In this document: piece after piece, positions 38,360 to 47,853 of the stretch
Numbering within the stretch: the first letter of the stretch is position 1
How the letters are laid out: every line of letters begins with the position of its first letter
Virus record (IMG/VR): IMGVR_UViG_3300037465_000172
Location: 1 to 61,619 of that record
Direction: 5' to 3' (one strand)
Length of the DNA stretch: 61,619 nt
Origin: a virus
Lineage: Duplodnaviria > Caudoviricetes
Made by a program: the position numbers and the translations under genes
The notes under the pieces: model-generated
What the model was told of the DNA's origin: nothing
What the model saw: the letters and a program-made list of their open reading frames with translations, nothing else
Databases searched by the model: none

Positions 38360-40453
38360 TCAGCCTCCTGCCCGCATACCGGGGCGTCCAGTTGTGTTAT
38401 TGCTCGCCAAACCCTCAACCGACTCGCGTACTGCTTCCGGACTCGCGCGGCTCTCCTGCGGCTTTGGCTGTTGATTGGCAGCTGGGATGCCGCCGACAGC
38501 GCCCGATATCGCCCCCTGCCCCATCGCGCCCATGAGCTGCTTGAGTGTGTGTTCATCGGGTACTACGTTTTCCGGAAGCCCCAACTCGCCAGCGACAGAC
38601 CGCAAAACCGTTGCGCGTCCGGGCATGCCCATGATCTGTATGTCAATCGGGTTTGCCGTCATCTGGAGGAACTCAAGCTGCCGCAGGCGTTCCTGTTCGC
38701 GCTTCTGCGCGTGCGCCACACCCTTGACGGCGACCTTCTCATCCCCGCGCAAGACACCCGGCGTCGAAAGCATGACCATATCGTAAAGAACGTTGAGAAG
38801 CGGCTGGAAAACGTCACGATCAATCGTTGCCGCAACGTTCTGCAGGGTCTTCGATGCATTGCCCATGAGCATTGCAAGACCCGATGCAGTACGCCCCGCG
38901 CCGCCTATGCGTTCGTTACCCATCATGTAGCGCGGAATTGCCGAGACTTCATCGCCCATCTGCGAGAACTTTTCAAACACACCAAGCAATACGTCGGCGT
39001 GTGAGTTCGGCTGATAAAAGTCGATCGGCTTCAAGCCAGCGGCGGCAAGCATCGGGTCGTAATTCACATGCCAGCGCTTCCACGGATAAAGATTGTCGTC
39101 TTCTCCGGGCAGAAGTACTGCGTCGTTGATGACGACCTGCGGACCAGAGGCGATCGACAGATTGTTAACAAGCGCACGCAGCGTCGCGTTCGAAACGTCC
39201 TGAATATCTTCGAGTAGGTCAGGCAAGCCGTAGCCCGCCATCGTGCCGGGGATCTTCTCGAAGTTGGAGATATAGTATGGAGCACGCTGCTGCGTCGTTG
39301 GGTTGATCTGTACTTTGATGACAAAGCGATCGATGAGCCACGCCTGAACGTAGTACTCCTGCAGGGGGTCAGGGACCTCGGCCTCGGTCATACCCCAGTC
39401 AAGTAGGGTGCTGCCGCTGATATTGCCGTGGTACTCCGCCGTGTCGATGAGTTGTGTCGCAGTACGCGGCCATTGCTCGCGCTCTTCAAGACGCGCACGT
39501 TCCGCATCTGTCGCATCCCACCACTCGCGAAACCCCGTGTCGTTAAAACGTTCAAGCACTTGATCAATCGCGTCAGTATTGTAACCGGGGAGCCCCTTAA
39601 CCGCGATCAACTCCGCGCGTGTAAGCCTGATGCGTTCGACAAATTCGGCTTCATCAACATTGCTAGCGCCGGGAGACCAATAAAGATCGAACGGCGACAC
39701 ACGGTACCAGAACATCTTCGGGACGGATTGCCGTGTCGCAATACCATTCACCCACTTCAACTGTGAAACACGGCGAACGACTGGCCCTTTGATGCAAGCG
39801 AAAGGAAAGATTGGCAGATCGATGAGGAACTCAGCAAACGCTTCGTAGAAATTGCCCTCGCGGAGCAAATCATCAAGACGCTCTGTGGAGCGTATAGCCT
39901 CCTGCTCAGCTTGTTTCTTGGCGGCAGTCTCAGCAGCTTGGCGAAGCATCGCGACGCGGTCAGCGACCATTTGCGAATCTACCGGCTGACCGGAAGCAAC
40001 GATAGTCGCGGTCTCAACCTTCACCAGCTCGTTAATCGCAGTCTCAACATCTTCGGGCGTGGACGGAACTGGCGTGGGCTCAATAGCCCACGGACGATCT
40101 GACCCGAGATAGACGTCGCGCAACAGTGCTGTGGCGGCGCGGCACTTCGCGGAAGTGATGCGTGCGTAGACTTCACTGCCGCCGAACTTCCGAATTTCGT
40201 TAAGCTTCGCCGCATCGTACATGCCCTTGTAAGCGCGCAGCGCAGCAATAAGTCGTTCGCCGATGCCCTCCGTATTCCGGAAGTTCTTCATATCCGTCAT
40301 GCGTGCACGGACATGCGCAGCAAGTGCTTTGATCTCGGGCTCTTGTTCCTGCGCTTGCTGGTTCGCTTTTTGGACGTCGGCAGCATTAAGCGCGGCGGGA
40401 GTCACGACGCGCACAAGCCCGTTGGAAGGCATGCTAGAAATCGGCGAGGCCAT
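38360..40453 (-). CDS. portal protein
   Basis: ~697 aa; RVSPFDLYWSP, GYGLPDLL.D.Q, N..IASGPQ, RTASGLAMLM; probable ATG at 40453. Confidence 0.88.
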   Translation of the reverse strand: MASPISSMPSNGLVRVVTPAALNAADVQKANQQAQEQEPEIKALAAHVRARMTDMKNFRNTEGIGERLIAALRAYKGMYDAAKLNEIRKFGGSEVYARITSAKCRAATALLRDVYLGSDRPWAIEPTPVPSTPEDVETAINELVKVETATIVASGQPVDSQMVADRVAMLRQAAETAAKKQAEQEAIRSTERLDDLLREGNFYEAFAEFLIDLPIFPFACIKGPVVRRVSQLKWVNGIATRQSVPKMFWYRVSPFDLYWSPGASNVDEAEFVERIRLTRAELIAVKGLPGYNTDAIDQVLERFNDTGFREWWDATDAERARLEEREQWPRTATQLIDTAEYHGNISGSTLLDWGMTEAEVPDPLQEYYVQAWLIDRFVIKVQINPTTQQRAPYYISNFEKIPGTMAGYGLPDLLEDIQDVSNATLRALVNNLSIASGPQVVINDAVLLPGEDDNLYPWKRWHVNYDPMLAAAGLKPIDFYQPNSHADVLLGVFEKFSQMGDEVSAIPRYMMGNERIGGAGRTASGLAMLMGNASKTLQNVAATIDRDVFQPLLNVLYDMVMLSTPGVLRGDEKVAVKGVAHAQKREQERLRQLEFLQMTANPIDIQIMGMPGRATVLRSVAGELGLPENVVPDEHTLKQLMGAMGQGAISGAVGGIPAANQQPKPQESRASPEAVRESVEGLASNNTTGRPGMRAGG

Positions 40454-40538
40454 AGCCAAAGAAATAGCCCTCGGTTGCGTTAGCTGAAGTTTGGTGGTAC
40501 AGAGCACCTGCTGTCAACTGTTTACACAGGATTGTACA

Positions 40539-41051
40539 ATGCCTGCCCCAAAAGCTGGCGCGGTCACTGCCGTCAAGACTCCCACGCAGGTCGAGATTCC
40601 GGGTACCGAAGTGCCGCTTGACCTGATGCATTTGAAACAGCAACTTGTCACTGAGCTGGCTGCAGGACTTTCCACTGCTGCAGCGGTACGCGCGCGCTAC
40701 GGCATCTCTAATGCGCAGTGGGCGATGCTAAAAAACAACGCCCTTTTCCGCTCGATGCTTGTCGAGGCGCTGCAGAAGTGGCGTGGTGACACAAACGCTT
40801 CTCAACGAATCACCCTCAAGGCCGAGATGGTTCTGGAAGATGCGATTCCTGCATACGACAGGATCATCCATGATCCTGAAGCAGGGCCACAGGCGAAAAT
40901 TGAAGCGGGTAAGCTGCTTGCGACTCTTGCAGGGCGCACCGCCAAAGAAAGCGCACTCAGCAATGGTAATGGCTTCACATTGAACATCAACATCGGCGAC
41001 AAGAAAGGCGTTGTGATCGAAGGTAACAGCGTAAGCACTACCAATGAGTAA
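40539..41051 (+). CDS. terminase small subunit (putative)
   Basis: Directly upstream of TerL; helical with FTLNINIG C-terminal strand. Confidence 0.65.
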   Translation: MPAPKAGAVTAVKTPTQVEIPGTEVPLDLMHLKQQLVTELAAGLSTAAAVRARYGISNAQWAMLKNNALFRSMLVEALQKWRGDTNASQRITLKAEMVLEDAIPAYDRIIHDPEAGPQAKIEAGKLLATLAGRTAKESALSNGNGFTLNINIGDKKGVVIEGNSVSTTNE

Positions 41052-42450
41052 CGTCGTCTCATACAACGCACCGCTAACCATCTCAAAATTCATGCTTGAC
41101 GAACAGCATGAAGTCAGATTGATCCTCGGCCCTTATGGTTCGGGTAAGACAACTGGATGCATCATGGAGCTGGCGCGACGGATGCTCGATGAGTACCCCG
41201 ACGCCAAAGGCGTACGCCACACACGTTTCGTAATTGTCCGCAATACTGCGCAGCAGCTGCGACAGACCATTCTCGAAGACATCCGCAAGTGGCTACAGCC
41301 GGTAATGCAATACAAAGTGACGGACTCAACGATTGTGTTCGATTTCGTCCACCCGACGCAAGGCAAAATCCACTCCGAGTGGATGCTCATCCCGCTCGAC
41401 AAGCCCGAAGACCAACAGCGTTTGCTATCGCTCAACATCACGGGTGGATGGGTGTCGGAGTTCCGCGAGATCCCGATTTCGGTAGTTGAAGCGTTACTCG
41501 GCCGCGTTGGCCGTTTCCGTCCACTGGGCGTCAACAAAAACAAGTGGTGCGGCATCATCGGTGAGTCAAACCCACCCGACGAAGACAGCGATTGGTACAA
41601 AAAGCTGGAAATTGAGCGCCCCAAAAACTGGATGCTCTACAAGCAGCCGGGGGGTATGGATCCGAACGCCGAAAATCGCGAAAATCTACGCGACGGCTAC
41701 TATGAGAGTCTGATTGAATCAAACAATTCAGACTGGGTCGATGTGCACGTACACGCCAAATACGGCAAGTCGCTTTCTGGTCAGGCCGTATGGCGTGCGA
41801 GCTTCCGCCCGGATTTCCACATCACCTATAACGATGTGAAACCGATTCCGGGTTTATCGCTCATGATCGGGCAGGATTTCGGACGCACTCCGGCGTCACT
41901 AATCGCGCAAATCGATACGCGCGGACGCCTCGTAATCTTCCGTGAAGCCTTAACAAAAGACGCAGGCATCGAACAGTTCATCGTCAGCACGCTGCGCCCG
42001 CTCATGTTCACGCACTTTCCCGGCGTGCCAAGCTACATGATTGCTGACCCTAGCGGCGTACACAAAGGGCAAATTACCGAAGAAAGCGCGTTCGATGCAT
42101 TAAAACGTTTGGGCTTCAAGGTATACGCCGCTCCGACCAATGACATTGATCCGCGTCTGCGCGCAGTCGAGCAACTCTTTCTGCGCCAGATCGACGGTGG
42201 GCCTGCAATCATTATTGTCGGTCATTATTGTCCAATGCTCGTTCAGGCGCTGAAATTCAACTATCGGTATCGCCGCAAAAAAGATGGTCAGCTCGAAGAC
42301 ATGCCGGAGAAAACTCACCCATGGTCGGATCTCGCTGACTGCCTGCAATACCTTGCACTGGGCGCGACCGGAAACTACATAGGTCGCATACTCGCACGCG
42401 AACAGCCTCGGGTTCGCCGCCCCCCACCGTCGGCGGCCGGGTGGACCTAG
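41044..42450 (+). CDS. terL: terminase large subunit
   Basis: GPYGSGKT, VRNT, WVSEFRE, ESNPP, QDFGRTP, SDLADCLQY. Confidence 0.92.
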   Translation: MSNVVSYNAPLTISKFMLDEQHEVRLILGPYGSGKTTGCIMELARRMLDEYPDAKGVRHTRFVIVRNTAQQLRQTILEDIRKWLQPVMQYKVTDSTIVFDFVHPTQGKIHSEWMLIPLDKPEDQQRLLSLNITGGWVSEFREIPISVVEALLGRVGRFRPLGVNKNKWCGIIGESNPPDEDSDWYKKLEIERPKNWMLYKQPGGMDPNAENRENLRDGYYESLIESNNSDWVDVHVHAKYGKSLSGQAVWRASFRPDFHITYNDVKPIPGLSLMIGQDFGRTPASLIAQIDTRGRLVIFREALTKDAGIEQFIVSTLRPLMFTHFPGVPSYMIADPSGVHKGQITEESAFDALKRLGFKVYAAPTNDIDPRLRAVEQLFLRQIDGGPAIIIVGHYCPMLVQALKFNYRYRRKKDGQLEDMPEKTHPWSDLADCLQYLALGATGNYIGRILAREQPRVRRPPPSAAGWT

Positions 42451-43163
42451 CGGTAGTGCTCGTCAATCCACGAGCAATTGCGTCGCGCCGTCACCGACCA
42501 CGGATCGACATGTCCGTTAAAAAACACGATGCGGGAGTTCGGCAGGAGCTTGTAGCCGTTCTGTTTGATGTGGCAACGGTAGGACAATACGCCGTCCTCA
42601 GCGGTCCAGCGGGGCTCTCCGGGGAGGATGTAGCTGAGCCACGCCTGATCTGACCCATGGAAACCGCGCCGCCCAGCTTGTCGTGGAGACTCGACCGGGT
42701 CGAACTCCGTCCACACCTTGGTGCGCGACGCTGCACGCAGGAGCCACATGGAGCCGTTGTAGGGCGTAGTCCGAGATGAGTCCCCCCAAAACACAACGTC
42801 TTCCGGGCGATTCCACAACGGAGCGCAATCGTTCACAATGACCGTATCGAGGTCGAGCGAGACAAAACGGTCGTTGCCAATGATTTCTGCCGCTTCAGGC
42901 GAGAACAACTTCAAACGCCGATAGCAGCTCGGGTTGTACCCGCCGTGTGGGCTTTGCAGCGAGCCGTAGTCTTTCCATAACGGAATGACCCTAACAGCAC
43001 TGTCGAGATTCCTCCAGTTGTCGGTGATGCAGACAAACTCGTGCTCACTTTTGTAATGCCGCGCAACCATCTTCTGTAGTGTGTTCACGTGCTCATAATT
43101 GAAATGGCTGCGATACTGCTGCTGCGGAGTCCACTTCCAGCAGATGACACTGAGCTTCGCCAC
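42447..43163 (-). CDS. GT-A glycosyltransferase (GT8-like)
   Basis: FVCITD, KLFSP, SLDLDTVI (DxD), YNGSM, GSDQAWLS, IVFFNG..DPW. Confidence 0.8.
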   Translation of the reverse strand: MAKLSVICWKWTPQQQYRSHFNYEHVNTLQKMVARHYKSEHEFVCITDNWRNLDSAVRVIPLWKDYGSLQSPHGGYNPSCYRRLKLFSPEAAEIIGNDRFVSLDLDTVIVNDCAPLWNRPEDVVFWGDSSRTTPYNGSMWLLRAASRTKVWTEFDPVESPRQAGRRGFHGSDQAWLSYILPGEPRWTAEDGVLSYRCHIKQNGYKLLPNSRIVFFNGHVDPWSVTARRNCSWIDEHYR

Positions 43164-43166
43164 AAC

Positions 43167-43943
43167 TCACCTTTTATCGTTGATGTCGATGATCGCTTCC
43201 AGCAGCTTTGACGGAAAGCCGCGCTGGCGACAGAAAAACGCAAGCGCATTGATGTCTTTCGGTAAGCACTTGCCGTCAAAACCCGTTTTATTCTCGAACG
43301 CAACAGAGTGCGAGAGACCTACGCGCGGGTCGTCTAGCCAACCTTCTCGCACAAGAAAGTAGTTCGCCGCGAGGTTGCGGCAAATGCGCCGCATCTCGTA
43401 CGTGAACGTAACTTTGAGCGCAAGAAACGCATTCTCGAAGTATTTCACCAACTCAGCTTCTATCGACGACATAAACCTGAATCGCGTAGTCGGACCCATG
43501 CGACGTACAAACATCCCGGCCACAGCCTCGCAATCCATGGGATCGCCACCAAGCACCATGAAACCGTGGCTGATCGGATTGTGCGGGTCCGGGAACTGCG
43601 GAGGCACGTAGTATTCGCCCTCGCCGACGTACTCGGGCGAAAACAAAATCGCGCGCTGAGTGAGTGCAGAAAGAAACGACGTCGTACCCGGCTGTACCGT
43701 CGACTTGATGAGGATGAACGAAATGTGCTTAGGAATGCTATTCACGCAGTCAAAAACTGCAGATACGTCGCACGATCCGTCATCTTGCATCGGCGTCGGT
43801 ACACAAATGATTGCAAGACGTGCAGCGTCCGGAATCTCAGGCTTCAGCCCTTTAAGCGGATCGACCATGACCGCATCGGGAAAGATCTTGGACATCGCGG
43901 TGCCGACGTAACCCGCACCGTAGATCACAACATCACTCGACAT
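43167..43943 (-). CDS. UDP-glucose/GDP-mannose dehydrogenase family (short form)
   Basis: GAGYVG, ICVPTP, IKSTV, SPEY, AELVKY..NAFLALK, GFDGKCLPKD. Confidence 0.9.
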   Translation of the reverse strand: MSSDVVIYGAGYVGTAMSKIFPDAVMVDPLKGLKPEIPDAARLAIICVPTPMQDDGSCDVSAVFDCVNSIPKHISFILIKSTVQPGTTSFLSALTQRAILFSPEYVGEGEYYVPPQFPDPHNPISHGFMVLGGDPMDCEAVAGMFVRRMGPTTRFRFMSSIEAELVKYFENAFLALKVTFTYEMRRICRNLAANYFLVREGWLDDPRVGLSHSVAFENKTGFDGKCLPKDINALAFFCRQRGFPSKLLEAIIDINDKR

Positions 43944-44730
43944 TGATTTCTTCTTCCTTCACAAACTTAATCTCTTCGTATGCCACGCGAATTGGATCGC
44001 GCGAGCGCATGTCACCAAGTGCACGCTTACGATCGAACGCGGCACGGTACTTCTTCTGCCACTCGTCGCGATCAAGATCGCGCGTATCTGCATCTGGGAT
44101 GACTGGCTTGCCGTTGCGTTGCCGCCGACCATATCCGAGTAGCGTGATATCGTCGAAGTGCCGATTCGGAACCACAATACTGAGTTGGCGACGAAACTCA
44201 CCATCACCGCCATATCCCCCGCCGTACCCGCCTGTCAAGTCGAGGTCGTACCCATTAATCATCCAGTACGCGGCGTGCTTCACGAGAAACGTGTTTGGAT
44301 GGATCTTGCGGTCAGTATAGTCAGGCGCGAACACCCGCTCAAACGTATAGTGGTAGCCGGAGTCAAGCTGCCGCTCCATCATCGTAAGCGCTGCTTCAGG
44401 CGTCAAAATAATGTCGATGTCGCTCATGAAAAGCCAATAATTTTCCGCGCGCGTACAGGCTTCCATCGCACCGATGTTACGGCACTGATGCATGTTCCAT
44501 GGCAAGCGTTCCTGCACACGATAAAGTCGCTTCGGCAGCTTGCAGTGCTTGAGAATGTCGTACGCTGGATAATTCGCGCTGCAATCGTCAACAACGATGA
44601 GGCGCACCACACTGCGCAGCCGCCCCGCATAGCGGTTCCAGTTCTCAACCTGCAGCTCCAACATGCGCGGGTTTTCGTAGTAGGGATAGATCAGTCGCAC
44701 TGGAGGCAGTGGAGTCATTTCAGCTTCCAT
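43933..44730 (-). CDS. GT-A glycosyltransferase (GT2/GT7-like)
   Basis: PYYEN, IVVDDCS, RNIGA, MSDID, INGYD...GYGGD. Confidence 0.85.
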   Translation of the reverse strand: MEAEMTPLPPVRLIYPYYENPRMLELQVENWNRYAGRLRSVVRLIVVDDCSANYPAYDILKHCKLPKRLYRVQERLPWNMHQCRNIGAMEACTRAENYWLFMSDIDIILTPEAALTMMERQLDSGYHYTFERVFAPDYTDRKIHPNTFLVKHAAYWMINGYDLDLTGGYGGGYGGDGEFRRQLSIVVPNRHFDDITLLGYGRRQRNGKPVIPDADTRDLDRDEWQKKYRAAFDRKRALGDMRSRDPIRVAYEEIKFVKEEEINVE

Positions 44731-44832
44731 ACCCGGAACCTCATCTCAAACTATTACACAAGGTTTGCGCGAATTTCGGCTTCAGACCTGATACGCGAAG
44801 TGTACCTGCAGTCAGCAACTCACGGCGTTTGG

Positions 44833-45453
44833 TTATTCAGTTGCTTGCGCGAGACTTTGAAATTCGTCAAAGGACAGTCGGGGAAAAGCCTTGATGGCAG
44901 TGCTGTTGGTAACACTGAACGTTTCAATGTTGCGCCTCTTAAGTTGCCCTGCGATCTCCCAAAATTGCTCTGCCCACTTCACGTATTTTCCGGGCTTGGT
45001 ACCACCTTCAAGATTTGTCCAAGGGTAGGGAGGGTACCAGTACGGCTCCCCCTTCGGGCCTTTCTGCATGTCAAAACCGAACAGGAAAATCTTGGATGGT
45101 CTCATCGCCGCCGCAAAGCTAATTGCACATGCGCCGCTATTGGTTCCGTTAAACGTGTATGGGTCGTCAGAAAATATCACCGACTTGTGATCGCAGAAAA
45201 ACTTGCGCAGGCGCGGATGCGTCGGTAATGCCTTGTCAGCCCCATCACGCACCCAAAGATCCGCGCTTGGATTCTCCAACATAAACTGCCGGAAGCGATT
45301 CTCTGCCCACAAGCGGTCCATGGTAATGCCGACATCAACTTTGCAAAGCACAGCTGACTCGTTCACCCCGATCACAAATCCGTACTTGCGCAAATCCCGA
45401 ACATCATATTTCGAGACACTCCAGCCACCACCAATGATGATGATCGGTTTCAA
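44833..45453 (-). CDS. Maf/DUF115-like (sialyltransferase-fold) glycosyltransferase
   Basis: IIIGGGWS, IGVN, NSGACAI, IFLFGFDM, S.IKAFP. Confidence 0.65.
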   Translation of the reverse strand: MKPIIIIGGGWSVSKYDVRDLRKYGFVIGVNESAVLCKVDVGITMDRLWAENRFRQFMLENPSADLWVRDGADKALPTHPRLRKFFCDHKSVIFSDDPYTFNGTNSGACAISFAAAMRPSKIFLFGFDMQKGPKGEPYWYPPYPWTNLEGGTKPGKYVKWAEQFWEIAGQLKRRNIETFSVTNSTAIKAFPRLSFDEFQSLAQATE

Positions 45454-45989
45454 GTAGTTGCCCCCGCAATTACCAGCCGTCCGCCGCGCTCAAGCGTCGT
45501 CCACTCCCAGCTAGCGAACGCACGCTCCAGCTCGGTAACCCACCACTTAGGCTTTTTCACCGTGATATGAGTATTGCGCCCATCGGGAAGAAACGACTTG
45601 CTGAGATTACACTCGATGTTGAAAAACACACCGAGCCGCGCATGGTCGTGGATAGTCTGAAGCGTGTAAGGAACGCGATCTTCCTCAACATGCTCCATCA
45701 CATCGGTGCATACGACATAGTCGAACTGATGGTTCGGCAACTTGTCTTTGCCACGCACACCGGGATCGTATTCCGTAACCTCGATGTGCGGCATGGCGAG
45801 CAGCATCCGATTCCTAAACGTTCCGCGCCCGCAGCCAAAGTCAAGGATCGTCTTAACGGGCTCCTTCAGCTTGTCCATCTGAAAAATTACGTATGGCACC
45901 CACGAATGGCCTGTACCGCCCCACGGTTTGCAGTCGTGCTTCTGCATAAGAAGCTCTTTGTACTCCCGGGAAATCAGCTTCGTGTCCAT
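45450..45989 (-). CDS. class I SAM-dependent methyltransferase
   Basis: ILDFGCGRG, YDPG, DYVVCTDVMEHV. Confidence 0.88.
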   Translation of the reverse strand: MDTKLISREYKELLMQKHDCKPWGGTGHSWVPYVIFQMDKLKEPVKTILDFGCGRGTFRNRMLLAMPHIEVTEYDPGVRGKDKLPNHQFDYVVCTDVMEHVEEDRVPYTLQTIHDHARLGVFFNIECNLSKSFLPDGRNTHITVKKPKWWVTELERAFASWEWTTLERGGRLVIAGATT

Positions 45990-46582
45990 GCGAGCCTCAC
46001 GTGTTTCTTACCGCGATCGAGCACTATCGGCTTGCCGAGCAGCGCGCACAATTGTTCAAGCCACAGTGGTTTGGTAATCCTGACATCAAAGATGAACACA
46101 GTACCCGGCACGCTCATCTCCGTCAGGACGTCGAAGTAGGTTGTTGGTGGAATGTGGAAGCAGTACGCCGCAAAACTCACGATCAGCGAAAATTGTCGTC
46201 GTGGATATGGTCGGGGAAAATAAAACTCTGCTTCACGGACTCCATTTCGTTCGAGAAAGTCTGCCGCAACTGCTGCATTGCTGAACGTCTGCGAATGCGA
46301 AACGACGACAGGAGCATCGTTCATTCCGTCCAGTATGCACACTTTAAGTGTGCCCCGATAGTGGCGGTGAAGCAAAACGTCAATCCCACCAAGGCCGCCA
46401 CCAATATCAAGTACGGAATCACAGGGGGCAGGAAGGGCAGAGCAAATGCTATGATAAATTGCTTGAAGAGACTCTTCATACGCCTCCTGCCATGCACACC
46501 TGTCGTGTCGATGATCTGAAACCTCCCCACGCTGGATAGAGAGATACTCGAAATGCTTGTCTTCGACGATGATGTGCTTCAT
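45974..46582 (-). CDS. class I SAM-dependent methyltransferase
   Basis: VLDIGGGLGG, LIVSF..CFH. Confidence 0.75.
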   Translation of the reverse strand: MKHIIVEDKHFEYLSIQRGEVSDHRHDRCAWQEAYEESLQAIYHSICSALPAPCDSVLDIGGGLGGIDVLLHRHYRGTLKVCILDGMNDAPVVVSHSQTFSNAAVAADFLERNGVREAEFYFPRPYPRRQFSLIVSFAAYCFHIPPTTYFDVLTEMSVPGTVFIFDVRITKPLWLEQLCALLGKPIVLDRGKKHVRLAWTRS

Positions 46583-47304
46583 AAACCTTGGTACAGCGCC
46601 GACTTACTGTTCGCATACGCGCGCCAGAACATTCCAATGTGCCCGAGGTCAACCGCGTGCTTCTTGGACGACAGCCGCCACGCAAGGCAAGTCGCTGCAG
46701 GCCCTGCACATAGGATCACCCGCTCAAACGGCGAATCAAGACACGCCTGCTGCAGCTCGTTAATCTGCGCATACGCGTCGCGCCGCTTGCACTGAACCCA
46801 GTTAACCGCATACGCGCCGGTCTGGTACAGAAACTCTTTCGTCAACGAACGCTCGCCACACGCCACGAGCGTCACGCTCTTTCCGCGCCACAATGACTCG
46901 ATCTTGTCGAAGAACTCCTTGGTATTGATCCATGGAGCCGAGTCCGGGCGCGAAATAAACGCCGAGTAATACTGTTTCTTGGAATGCAGCTGGCGCGGGT
47001 AGATGTTCGCGTAGCGCGCCCACTTCGCATATTTCGGTCCGCGCGGGTCCATCGTCGGAATGCCGATAATGCACGCAGCGTTGGGCTCGACGAGAATGCG
47101 CGACAGTTCGATCGATAGCTTCGGATCGCGCGCTTGGGAAACGCACTCGCCACCCTTGGCAATCTTGAACTCGCCATCGCCGTACCGCGCAATGGATTTG
47201 CCCGCGAGCACTGCATTCAGCGTATCGTACTCATCGAGCACCGGAGGGTAGATCATCTTGATTCCAGCAAAGGTTGTACTATAATTGAGGAGCGATTGTG
47301 ACAA
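46579..47304 (-). CDS. GT-D fold (DUF1792) glycosyltransferase
   Basis: SIARYGDGE, FISRP, DAY, LCAGPAA..LA..L..AVDLGH. Confidence 0.85.
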   Translation of the reverse strand: MSQSLLNYSTTFAGIKMIYPPVLDEYDTLNAVLAGKSIARYGDGEFKIAKGGECVSQARDPKLSIELSRILVEPNAACIIGIPTMDPRGPKYAKWARYANIYPRQLHSKKQYYSAFISRPDSAPWINTKEFFDKIESLWRGKSVTLVACGERSLTKEFLYQTGAYAVNWVQCKRRDAYAQINELQQACLDSPFERVILCAGPAATCLAWRLSSKKHAVDLGHIGMFWRAYANSKSALYQGL

Positions 47305-47317
47305 CCTTCCCCCCTCT

Positions 47318-47343
47318 GCCCCCGTACACCGGGGGCTCTTTTT
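47318..47343 (+). terminator. hairpin with T-tract on the plus strand (antisense to local genes)
   Basis: GCCCCCG-TACAC-CGGGGGC-TCTTTTT. Confidence 0.5.
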
Positions 47344-47552
47344 CAGGCGATCTCCCAGTCCTCAGCCATAAGGTCCTCGTGGCGCGGCATCCACGCGACC
47401 GGACGCGTGCCCGAGGCAACTTCGACGAGCATTGCTCCCATATCGGCGCTCTCGGGTACAAGCAGGATGTGGGCGCTCATGCCCCACGCGCGCCGCCGCA
47501 ACAACTTCCCGTTGCGCAGCATATTCAGCGCTTTGCCAAAATCCATCTTCAT
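47343..47552 (-). CDS. DUF2829 / Tad2-like anti-defence sponge protein (69 aa)
   Basis: MDFGKAL..L..GK..RR.AW...W.P...D.MAEDW signature; ATGA coupling to the upstream gene. Confidence 0.75.
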   Translation of the reverse strand: MKMDFGKALNMLRNGKLLRRRAWGMSAHILLVPESADMGAMLVEVASGTRPVAWMPRHEDLMAEDWEIA

Positions 47553-47725
47553 CGTGTATTCCGTCCAATGATGTTGGCCGTGGCGAGCAGGTAGTGATCG
47601 ACCGCGCGCCGCAGGTGCTCGGAGACCGAGATCCCCGTACGGGTGGCAAGCCGCGCCAGCTGATCGCGCTGGGGCTTGGGAAGAATGACATGCACTCGCG
47701 TGCCGTTGACAGATTGGCGTGCCAT
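47549..47725 (-). CDS. ribbon-helix-helix (CopG/Arc-like) DNA-binding protein, 58 aa (not in ORF track)
   Basis: MARQSVNGTRVHVILPKPQRDQLARLATRTGISVSEHLRRAVDHYLL...; GGAG SD. Confidence 0.8.
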   Translation of the reverse strand: MARQSVNGTRVHVILPKPQRDQLARLATRTGISVSEHLRRAVDHYLLATANIIGRNTR

Positions 47726-47853
47726 AATTACTCCAGCATGAGACGCTGCGCCACCGAGAACTCAAGCGCTTCTTCGATGACCATAAACAGGTGCGGATTG
47801 AAGGCAATCGTTCGCTTAATCTTTATAAAATTGCCGTGACTCTTCAGGCAACA

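Noticed and set aside
44158-45228. 356-aa plus-strand ORF (also 19103-20134 and 53934-54950)
   Set aside because: Antisense shadows of well-supported genes, with no motifs
45450-46582. DNA methyltransferases of a restriction-modification system
   Set aside because: No DPPY/NPPY or PC catalytic motifs; small-molecule/sugar-type enzymes in a GT context
47362-47807. Track ORFs of 154 aa and 109 aa
   Set aside because: Better explained by the 58-aa RHH gene and the 69-aa DUF2829-like gene with ATGA coupling
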